33,467 nt of DNA, taken from Myxococcota bacterium. GTDB lineage: Bacteria; Myxococcota; SpSt-1050. Position 1 is the stretch's first letter, and each line of letters starts with the position of its first letter. Location: positions 1 through 33,467 of the forward strand of contig JBMFOP010000023.1 in NCBI GenBank assembly GCA_049969675.1, in the 5' to 3' direction. The position numbers and the translations under genes were made by a program. Shown one piece after another: positions 8,934 to 16,740 of this stretch. Below the pieces are notes generated by a model. It saw only the letters and a list, made by a program, of their open reading frames with translations, did not search any database and was not told the DNA's origin.

Positions 8934-9937
8934 ATCTCCTTGCTATCAAATTTGAATATCCTTACCTATTGATAATACCGCTCTTGATTCTGATACTTTC
9001 TCCACTTTTATATAAATTGATTGCAAAGAGGAGGGCTGTCCTTCTGCTCCCTTATACATCTGAGATTAAGAAGATAAGAGGAATCAATATTAAGGGCTCA
9101 AATGTTGTCTTTATCCTGCAGGTTATTGTATTGATATTGATAGGTATATCTGCTGCAATGCCAAGATATGTAAAGGGGGAGTTCAGGTATTTTACTGAGG
9201 GAATTGATATAATGATTGTGCTGGACTGCTCAACCTCAATGGAGGCACTTGACTTTGATCCTAAGAACAGGATTACGGTTGCAAAGGAGGTCTTCAGAGA
9301 GTTCATTGATTCAAGAAAGAATGATAGGATTGGGCTTGTGGTCTTTGCAAGACAGGCATACACTCAATCACCACTCACCCTTGATTATAAGGCACTAAAG
9401 ACACTTATAGATCCAATTCGCACCGGTGTAATAGAGGATGGAACAGCGATAGGGAATGCAATTGCTGTAGCCATAAATAGGCTCAGGGAATCAGAATCTA
9501 AGACAAAGACGATATTTTTAATTACCGATGGGGATAACAATGCAGGGAATATCTCCCCACTGGAGGCGGCTGAGCTCGCAAAGAAATTTGGAATAATCAT
9601 CTATCCTATATTGATTGGTAAAGATGGACCAGTTCCTTATCCAGTCGGAAAGGATTTTTTCGGCAGGACTGTTTACAGAGATGTGGAATTTACGACCAAT
9701 CCAGCCCTTCTCAAAGAGATAGCTGAAAAGACCGGTGGACAGTACTTTGAGGCAAGAAATTATGAGGAGTTTAAGAATACATTTCCAAAGATACTTGATT
9801 CACTTACAAAGACGAGATTTGAAGAGATGAGCGTATATGAAAATGCTGTGGACCTCGGAAGATATCTGATGATGATCTCATTTATTCTTATAATACTTTT
9901 ATTAACAGTCTTCTCCCCACTTAAAAGATTTCCATAA
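8930..9937 (+). CDS. batA: BatA-like VWA domain membrane protein
   Basis: N-terminal FEYPYLL double-TM module, MIDAS DCSTS...DGTAIG...ITDG, C-terminal TM. ATGA overlap. Confidence 0.88.
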   Translation: MNLLAIKFEYPYLLIIPLLILILSPLLYKLIAKRRAVLLLPYTSEIKKIRGINIKGSNVVFILQVIVLILIGISAAMPRYVKGEFRYFTEGIDIMIVLDCSTSMEALDFDPKNRITVAKEVFREFIDSRKNDRIGLVVFARQAYTQSPLTLDYKALKTLIDPIRTGVIEDGTAIGNAIAVAINRLRESESKTKTIFLITDGDNNAGNISPLEAAELAKKFGIIIYPILIGKDGPVPYPVGKDFFGRTVYRDVEFTTNPALLKEIAEKTGGQYFEARNYEEFKNTFPKILDSLTKTRFEEMSVYENAVDLGRYLMMISFILIILLLTVFSPLKRFP

Positions 9938-10150
9938 ACAATCTGCCACATATCCCTGTTGCCCAAAGTAATAAAGATTCATATTCATAAAAGTCAAAGA
10001 TTGGAGACACTCTCAAGTTATTGAAAGACCTCTGTGCCAATTGCATAGAAATTGTGATTGAAAAATCTAAATATCCGTCGTCGGCTCTGAAACACCTTCT
10101 GATTTTTACCCCACCCCCACTTAAAAAAATTCTTGAATTGCATTTTTATT

Positions 10151-10211
10151 TGATATAATGCACTTTATGAAAAGAGAGAAAGGAAATAGGATTGATGAAA
10201 AACCATTTTAA
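10151..10211 (+). other. Extended -10 promoter and possible leaderless 14-codon ORF (MKREKGNRIDEKPF)
   Basis: TG-A-TATAAT(10151-10159)-N7-ATG(10167). The TAA (10209-10211) runs into AGGAGG, the SD for ATG 10223. Confidence 0.3.
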
Positions 10212-10222
10212 GGAGGGGAAAG

Positions 10223-10611
10223 ATGAATTTACCATCGTTCTATTGTTAGTATTTGCAGATAAAGATTATAAGGTAAGAATGATGTACTTAAACTCCAATA
10301 ATAATAGATGGTATGATGGCATTAACTTTGGTGGAAGTGATATAAATTCTGATGTTTGGAATAAAGATATATTTTCAGATAAAAAATTTGGATTTGAATG
10401 GGTGAACGATTCAGGGATTTACTCAAAGGGTGGAAGATTTTATCTTATGTATAGAGATTAAAGAATACATCAATAAAAATGATACACAGGAGAATATTGT
10501 AAAATATAGTTTTATGGTACCAGATGCTTGGGATGTGGAATAGGAAGTGAAGTGCAATATTGTGGTCCATACTTACAACATCCTGTAATTTTCCAACCTG
10601 ATGAGTTTTAG
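10223..10611 (+). pseudogene. Frameshifted remnant of a small exported protein
   Basis: Strong AAGGAGG SD, but the ATG frame stops after 8 codons. Restoring one A gives MKFTIVLLLVFADKDY... The reading continues by further shifts through IEIKEYINKNDTQENIV and FYGTRCLGCGIGSEVQYCGPYLQHPVIFQPDEF*. Confidence 0.5.
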
Positions 10612-10633
10612 TTTGATTTGTGTGAGGTTGAAG

Positions 10634-11316
10634 ATGAAGATGATAAATATTCTTATAATAGTTTATGAGGTATTAGGTGTATTTCATTTATGCGGCTGTT
10701 CATTCCCACGGGGTATTCCTATTAATTGTGAAGATAATAAAATTTCAGAGGATATTTTTTCAGTAGATATAAAAAGGGATGCGATTATTTTTATAGATGA
10801 TGGAGAAGAAGATGCCTGGACAAAAATAGAAGATATTAATGTGGATAATGACTATTATATAGTGGATGAAGATATACCTGATGACTATATAGCAGAAATT
10901 ATTGAAGGGGTAGGAGATATTGGATATGATTCTGGTGATGATATTGCAGATGCTAATGAAGTCTGTATTCCCTATAAGATTGATATAGAAAATTACTGTC
11001 CTTCAGATACATCAGAAATAAAAATAAGTATGGGTATCCAGAAGAACTGATTATTCCCCTGTCAGATAACAGTATAATGGTAGTTTTTAGTGAATATCAA
11101 AAGTCTTTATTAATAGGTGTGGATGAGGAATTAAATGAGGTATTCAGGTTTTTGCCTCCTGATATGGATCCAGAACCCGATAGTTTTAATAGCCTCATCA
11201 CTGGGATTCGGATAGAAACTTGTGAAAAATTATATTTAGCAGGATACAAAAGGATGTATTTATACAATATATCGGGTATTGGTCCTTCAAAGAGGATTTT
11301 ATGTATAAGTGAGTAA
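10634..11316 (+). pseudogene. Frameshifted, truncated lipoprotein gene
   Basis: GAGG SD, signal-like start ending LCGC, very acidic linker. One extra A in the A-run near 11020 joins ...SEIK to NKYGYPEELIIPLSDNSIMVVF (second frame open 10984-11316). Confidence 0.55.
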
Positions 11317-11424
11317 ATTTGGTATTGATAATGAGTACCGTAGTTTTTGAAACTATTATTTGATTATGTGGGATGGGAGGTCTTCAGGTGAAATATTGTA
11401 TCTATTAACATACAGATATGGGAG

Positions 11425-12327
11425 TCATTTTGAATGTGGATGGGATTTGTCATAGACCTGCATCAGATGTTCTATTGAGGCACTTGCATATCTCTGCGTA
11501 GTTGAGAGGGATGAATGTCCGAGTAGCTCCTGAATAAATCTAATATCCGCACCTGAACCAAGAAGATGAGTAGCAAATGAGTGTCTCAATGTATGTGGAC
11601 TTACATTTTTATTTATCGCGCATTTGTGCAGATACTTCTTTATAATTCGTGCTACCGAGCGGGTCGTAATCCTGCCACCATCTTTATTTAAAAATAGTGC
11701 ATCAGTCTCACCCTTTATCAATTCAGACCTTTTAGAGAGATACTCATTTATTGATTCTACTGAATAAGAGCCCAATGGGACAATTCTCTCCTTCTTCCCC
11801 TTGCCGATTACTCTGAGTGTCCTGTTCTTTGTATCCAGGTCCGATATATTTACGGAGACGAGCTCTGAGACCCTGAGCCCCGAACCGTACATCAACTCCA
11901 CCATAGCCCTATCCCTTAAAGATAAGACATCCTGCTTATCTATTGAATGAATGATCGCAAATACCTCATCCACGCTGATGGCTTTTGGAAGTGTCTTTTC
12001 CCCTCTGGGAGAGGAGATGATCTCGGTGGGATTCTTCACAATTAATGCCCGCTTTAGCAGGAACTTATAGAATGTCTTAATGGCAGATAGTCTCCTCTGA
12101 TTGCTTGAGGCCTTATTGAGCTTAAATCTTGAGGCAATAAATCCCCTTATATCCACCGGTTCAAGGGACTCAAGGTCTTTTTCAGATAGAATCTGAATCT
12201 TTCTATCTTTTAGATACTCCAAGAAGAGCTCTATATCTTTTATGTAATTTCTGAGGGTGTGTTCGGAGTATCCCCTCTCAATCTTTAGATACTCACTGAA
12301 TTTTAATAGTAGATCCTCTGGACTCAT
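11425..12327 (-). CDS. xerC: Tyrosine recombinase XerC
   Basis: ERGYSEHTLRNY N-terminal domain and catalytic R (GLRVSEL), K (GKGKKER), HxxR (HTLRHSFATHLL), H (LLGH), Y (TTQRY), with C-terminal YDKSHP. XerD not fully excluded. Confidence 0.88.
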   Translation of the reverse strand: MSPEDLLLKFSEYLKIERGYSEHTLRNYIKDIELFLEYLKDRKIQILSEKDLESLEPVDIRGFIASRFKLNKASSNQRRLSAIKTFYKFLLKRALIVKNPTEIISSPRGEKTLPKAISVDEVFAIIHSIDKQDVLSLRDRAMVELMYGSGLRVSELVSVNISDLDTKNRTLRVIGKGKKERIVPLGSYSVESINEYLSKRSELIKGETDALFLNKDGGRITTRSVARIIKKYLHKCAINKNVSPHTLRHSFATHLLGSGADIRFIQELLGHSSLSTTQRYASASIEHLMQVYDKSHPHSK

Positions 12328-13794
12328 CTATTTATATTCAGCCTCTATTATCTCTATCTTAACCTTGTTTAAAAAATTGAGTGCCGAGGTAGATGCGCCC
12401 CTGAGCTCCGAGGGTTCTCCAATCCCTGTCCACAATCTGATATGAGTTGGATTTACTGCCTCTTCGTTCAAAGTTGGGTCGATTGAATACCACTTCCCGG
12501 CCCAGTAGTCCAGCCAGGAATGAAAGCCGAATTTTCCATCTACATAGACAAGCCCCATAACGAGTCGGGTTGGAATCCCGAGTGACTTTAAGAGCGCAGA
12601 GGTAAAAACAGAGTATTCTGTACAATCTCCCATCTTCTGTTCATAGACCTCAAGTGCCGAGAGATATCCCTTTGAGAGAGATGCACCCCTGATATATCCA
12701 CCAGCCTTATTGGAGACCCTAATAGATGCCTCTACAATTTCTGTCTGATCGCCCACGAATTCCTGTGCAAGCTCCATAATCTCTTTTGCAGTTGATTGCT
12801 CGTATCTTGTAGGTTCAATAAATCTCTTAAGATTTTCGTCTTTTACGGGGAATGTCATTTTATTCTCCATATCGGGCCTGATTCGTCTTATCTCAATAGT
12901 TACAGACTTCCCTTCCTTCTTTACAATCTTCTGATATTCATCTTCCAGAATCTGTGGCACCTCCAGAGATGTAAATGTAAGTTTTAGTGTCAGCTTCTCA
13001 AGTCTATTGATTGATTTAATTGCCCTGTCTGGCTTTATAAGAGACTGTTCAAAGATATCCACCGGTGTAAAGCCTTCATCAGCCTTACTCTTCTCAGTCC
13101 TCAAGAAGATTGCATTCATAGTAGGGAGAATTACACAGACCGGCCAGCCGGAGGCATCTCTCAATTCCACATTCTTTATACCTGCCACCGTCGTTGTAGT
13201 CTTATAAGTTGAATTGGGACAGAGATCTATAGGCTCAAACTTCTCAACCCGGGTCTCTCCCTCTACCAGATCAGCATCTGCCTCCATAATGAGGGGGAGC
13301 TTCTTTGAGAAACCGTTTGTAAGGTATCTCCTTATATAAAATTCAAATGCATTTGAAAATATGGCATCTCTTGGTATCTCTAACCTCTTCTCTGTCTTAA
13401 TCCCTCCTATATCCATACTGATATCAATATGTCTTCTGTCTTTTGAGACGAGCCCCATAATGGTTCGCTTTACATTTCCCTCCGAGGTCTCATACCAGTA
13501 GCCTATTGGAGAAAGGTCTTTAATATTTGAGAGCGTTCGGGACTTGCTATATGTCCTCATCTCAGTCCCACCCCGCAAAAATACGGCGTTCATCTCCTCT
13601 TCAATTACATATACATCCATACCTTTATATTTGGAGGTGTAGCTCTCAAGTCTGACCTTGCCGACCTTATTCTTATCAAATAGAAGGTCGTAATACTCCT
13701 CTGATATCTGCTTTTCCTTCTTTAATACCTCATCTGAGAGAAGTATAATCGGAGTCAATAAAAAGACTGTAGCAAGTACAAGTACTTTCTTCAT
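12328..13794 (-). CDS. Exported transglutaminase-like domain protein
   Basis: Signal peptide and C-H-D triad: GDCTEYS, FHSWLD, IDPT. LGIPTRLVMGLVY. Confidence 0.88.
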   Translation of the reverse strand: MKKVLVLATVFLLTPIILLSDEVLKKEKQISEEYYDLLFDKNKVGKVRLESYTSKYKGMDVYVIEEEMNAVFLRGGTEMRTYSKSRTLSNIKDLSPIGYWYETSEGNVKRTIMGLVSKDRRHIDISMDIGGIKTEKRLEIPRDAIFSNAFEFYIRRYLTNGFSKKLPLIMEADADLVEGETRVEKFEPIDLCPNSTYKTTTTVAGIKNVELRDASGWPVCVILPTMNAIFLRTEKSKADEGFTPVDIFEQSLIKPDRAIKSINRLEKLTLKLTFTSLEVPQILEDEYQKIVKKEGKSVTIEIRRIRPDMENKMTFPVKDENLKRFIEPTRYEQSTAKEIMELAQEFVGDQTEIVEASIRVSNKAGGYIRGASLSKGYLSALEVYEQKMGDCTEYSVFTSALLKSLGIPTRLVMGLVYVDGKFGFHSWLDYWAGKWYSIDPTLNEEAVNPTHIRLWTGIGEPSELRGASTSALNFLNKVKIEIIEAEYK

Positions 13795-14411
13795 ACCTTT
13801 CTCCTCCTGATACTGAAGATAAGTTTATAGATGATAAAGGCTATTATGACAAGTATAATAAATCCCTCAAAGTAATACGAGAGAAATGTCCTTATTAATT
13901 CAAAATTCCTGCCAGCCACAATAGAGATAGCGGTTATCATTAGATTAAACAATATCGCTGAGAGTATTGCACCTGTTATTGCCTTTAATAATCCTATCCT
14001 GCTATATCCTGCTACAAATACAATTGGGCCCCGTAGCAATGGAATAAATCTATTCGCAATTATTATCAAAAGTCCATATTTATTTATCAGTGTCATTGCC
14101 TTTTCCATCTTTTCTTCGGAATTTGAAATATACCTGTTAAGAGTGGCTGTCAGCCTGCTCTGATTATATCTCCCATTGATAAACATCCCCAGAAGTAAGG
14201 TTGTTGTAGCACCTAATGCACCGCCAATAATGGAGGACCCAAAAATAAACCCTATAGAATAGCCCCCATAAATCCCCATAAATATACCGAATGCGAGCGA
14301 TAGGTCACCCGGGACAACGGGAAATAGATATTCCAGAAATGAGAATACAAATACAAAAATACCGAGCCCAACTTCATCTGTATTGCTGAGAATCTTCTCA
14401 AATATTTCCAT
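13791..14411 (-). CDS. DedA/SNARE-associated family membrane protein
   Basis: FLEYLFPVVPGD and NRFIPLLRGPIVFVAGYS motifs, multiple TMs. ATGA overlap with the downstream gene. Confidence 0.88.
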   Translation of the reverse strand: MEIFEKILSNTDEVGLGIFVFVFSFLEYLFPVVPGDLSLAFGIFMGIYGGYSIGFIFGSSIIGGALGATTTLLLGMFINGRYNQSRLTATLNRYISNSEEKMEKAMTLINKYGLLIIIANRFIPLLRGPIVFVAGYSRIGLLKAITGAILSAILFNLMITAISIVAGRNFELIRTFLSYYFEGFIILVIIAFIIYKLIFSIRRRKV

Positions 14412-14419
14412 AGTAGATG

Positions 14420-14448
14420 GTTATAATCTTTGAGTATTAAAAATACAA
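14420..14448 (-). promoter_or_regulatory. Putative sigma70 promoter of dedA unit (near-leaderless geometry)
   Basis: Minus strand TTGTAT-N17-TATAAC-N8-ATG(14411), no SD. Confidence 0.45.
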
Positions 14449-14502
14449 GAAAATTTCCTGCTGTTCACCTGACTTAGGACTCTTAAGTGTGGATTATCTT
14501 TA

Positions 14503-14934
14503 TTACTCTTTCTGTCTCTTCTCTCTTGCCTTCTCTTTTATTGCTGCCTTCTGGTCGGGGGAGAGTTTTTTATATTTATTGTAGAGTTTTTTTAATCTTT
14601 CCTTCTTCTCTTTAGAAAGGCCAATATATTTCTTATACTTCTCCTTAATTTTATCCTTTTCATCTTCAGAAAGGCTATTGTAATATTTATATGCCTCCAG
14701 AATCTTTCTCTTCTCCTCTTTACTGAGATTTTTATATCTCTGGTAATTTTCAATAATCTGCCTCTGCCTCTCAGGGCTTAAAGATTTGAACTTGAGATAT
14801 CTCTCCTTCAATACTTTCTTATCAGCATCAGGGAGCCGCTGGTATTCCTGTAAATTCTGGTCTGAGAATACCTCTGTCGAAAAGAGAGATAAAATGGTAA
14901 AAAAAAGTAAAGTTTTAATCATCATCCTCATCAT
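14503..14934 (-). CDS. Exported basic helical-repeat protein (DUF3106-like)
   Basis: Signal peptide, then six 18-aa repeats of type (Y/F)xxL(S/P)xExKxxIxExYxx. Start uncertain (14934-14922). Confidence 0.8.
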   Translation of the reverse strand: MMRMMIKTLLFFTILSLFSTEVFSDQNLQEYQRLPDADKKVLKERYLKFKSLSPERQRQIIENYQRYKNLSKEEKRKILEAYKYYNSLSEDEKDKIKEKYKKYIGLSKEKKERLKKLYNKYKKLSPDQKAAIKEKAREKRQKE

Positions 14935-15172
14935 CTTCCAATATCTCCGCAATTCCTTTATATTCATCAAGGTTTTCTACAATATTATAATTTTGTAATA
15001 ACTCCAGATTCTTAATTATCTCCTCTTCAATTGATTGCTCGGTTATTATATTTAGCGAAGTGGAGTGCTCATCATCCTCAATTTTTGCACCCTCCTCCCC
15101 GAAAGATAGAACAGAAAAAGATATAATAAAAAGGGAGCTGATTATAAATCTTTTAATTTTATATCTCATCAT
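14915..15172 (-). CDS. Small exported acidic protein in ECF cluster
   Basis: GAGG SD, signal peptide (MMRYKIKRFIISSLFIISFSVLSFG), EIIKNLELLQNYNIVENLDEY helix. Overlaps both neighbours. Confidence 0.7.
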   Translation of the reverse strand: MMRYKIKRFIISSLFIISFSVLSFGEEGAKIEDDEHSTSLNIITEQSIEEEIIKNLELLQNYNIVENLDEYKGIAEILEDDEDDD

Positions 15173-15626
15173 CCAGCACCTCTTTAATCTCCTCAAGCTC
15201 ATCAATATGTTCTATAATCTCCAGATTTGAAAATAGGTCAAGATCAGAAATAATCTCCATATCCTCTTTTGCCTCATAACAGATCTGGTTTATGATTATT
15301 TTATTTTGATTACTTGACTTTGAATAGTATAGAAGTGATGCCAGAAGAATTATAATAATAGCGGCAGCAATAGCGATTTTCTTAAAAAGACTCTTTTTGT
15401 TTGATGGCTTTGAAGATGTAATATTTGTAAAGATTTCATCCTCATCTTTTTTTGAGAGAGTAATTGTGCAGGTGCCATTTCGTAGTTGCTCCAATGTGTG
15501 GAAGTATCTCTCAAAGATTTCATTGCATCTGCTACAGATATTTATATGCTGTGAGATCTCATCGTTTTTAAGGGCATCTTCCCTGAAATTGAATTCTATC
15601 AGTATTCTGTCAATGTGGTTACTCAT
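15159..15626 (-). CDS. Zinc-binding (ZAS-type) transmembrane anti-sigma factor
   Basis: HxxxCxxC (HINICSRC), single TM, short acidic periplasmic tail. Start overlaps the sigma stop by 8 nt. Confidence 0.82.
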   Translation of the reverse strand: MSNHIDRILIEFNFREDALKNDEISQHINICSRCNEIFERYFHTLEQLRNGTCTITLSKKDEDEIFTNITSSKPSNKKSLFKKIAIAAAIIIILLASLLYYSKSSNQNKIIINQICYEAKEDMEIISDLDLFSNLEIIEHIDELEEIKEVLDDEI

Positions 15627-16197
15627 CTTTAATTCCAATAATGCTCATTGTTGCACGATGAATGAGCGATTTGATTGTATTGATGTTGGTATCCATTATC
15701 TCAGCTACCTCGTTATAACTCAACCCCTCAATCTTATTCAGTATAAAGGCGGTCTTCTGGCTGGTGGGCAGAGCGTCAATTCTCTTCTCTATCCTCTCAA
15801 ATGTCTCTATTGCACCTGCTATCTGCTCCGGGGTAGTCTGAGTAGAGAGTGCAATTGGAGTAGCATCCGTGTTGACCCTCTCTTCTTGATGGTCTCTGAT
15901 ATAATTCAGTATGCAGTTGTAAGCCAATCTATAGAAAAATGTGTTAAAACTTATTTGGGGATTATAGAGGTTCTTCTTTTGATAGAGTCTTAAAAAGACC
16001 TCCTGTGTGATATCCTTGCTGGTCTCATAATCTCTTGAGAATCTATAAGCCATTGAAAAGACTCTCCTGACAAATCTCTCGTACAGTACCCTGAAGGCCT
16101 GCTGGTCCCCTTTTATGAATGCCAGCATCAGTTCTTGATCTGACAGCATAGAAGAATCAGCATCCTTTCCCTTCAGGACTGTCAATGTTTTAAACAC
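15619..16197 (-). CDS. ECF RNA polymerase sigma factor
   Basis: SDQELM...GDQQAFRVLYERF, DITQEVFLRLY region 2, and LNKIEGLSYNEVAEIMDTNINTIKSLIHRA region 4. Confidence 0.93.
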   Translation of the reverse strand: MFKTLTVLKGKDADSSMLSDQELMLAFIKGDQQAFRVLYERFVRRVFSMAYRFSRDYETSKDITQEVFLRLYQKKNLYNPQISFNTFFYRLAYNCILNYIRDHQEERVNTDATPIALSTQTTPEQIAGAIETFERIEKRIDALPTSQKTAFILNKIEGLSYNEVAEIMDTNINTIKSLIHRATMSIIGIKDE

Positions 16198-16253
16198 CTC
16201 TCCAGTAACAATGTTTCAATAAGTATACTACTTTTTCGGTATTTGTAAAAGAT

Positions 16254-16278
16254 AAAAATGCCCCGATTCCACGGGGCA
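16254..16278 (-). terminator. Intrinsic terminator downstream of hup
   Basis: Minus strand TGCCCCG-TGGAAT-CGGGGCA followed by TTTTT, about 28 nt after the hup stop. Confidence 0.85.
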
Positions 16279-16305
16279 CTATAGTCTGTTCGTAGAATGG
16301 ATTAA

Positions 16306-16581
16306 TTAGATAATCTCTTTGAATTCCTTGGATGGTCTGAACTTTACAGTCTTACTTGCCTTAATCTTGATCTTCTCTCCGGTCTTCGGATTTTTACCTT
16401 CTCTTGCCTTCCTCTGTTTCAGAACGAATGCCCCGAAGTGGGGGTAGAGGAATCTGCTCTCCTTTTTTACCGCCTTCTTTATGTTTTCAAATATGGAGTC
16501 CATTATGAGGTTTAGTGTCTTCTTAGAGATGTTTGTCTTTGTCTGTTTTCTTACAGCCTCAAGTAATTCTTGCTTTGTCAT
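16306..16581 (-). CDS. hup: HU family DNA-binding protein
   Basis: MTKQEL start with AAGGAGG SD; FGAF...RKAREGKNPKTGEKIKI...VKFRPS. Confidence 0.95.
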   Translation of the reverse strand: MTKQELLEAVRKQTKTNISKKTLNLIMDSIFENIKKAVKKESRFLYPHFGAFVLKQRKAREGKNPKTGEKIKIKASKTVKFRPSKEFKEII

Positions 16582-16740
16582 ATCTGCCCTCCTTGGCATT
16601 TATGGTTAATAACAAAAATAGGTAAATTGGTTACCATATAAATAGCCTTTGTCAACAACAATTTTACCAGAATATTTATTTTACTGATGTTTGCTGAAAG
16701 GCACTCTTGCAAATGTACATAAAATCTATATTCGGCGAAA

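Noticed and set aside
9977..9990. 14-mer matching 33317-33330 region (TATGAATATGAATC) in reverse complement
   Set aside because: Low-complexity AT-rich match expected by chance at this window size.
9922..10130. Open minus-strand frame of about 65 codons after batA
   Set aside because: No convincing start or SD, no motif, overlaps the batA end.
11425..12327. Tyrosine recombinase as a prophage/island integrase
   Set aside because: Length and motifs fit housekeeping XerC. No att repeats, tRNA, dif-like site or phage genes seen.
15397..15993. 198-aa plus-strand ORF over the sigma/anti-sigma genes
   Set aside because: Fully antisense to two motif-supported genes and has no recognisable features.
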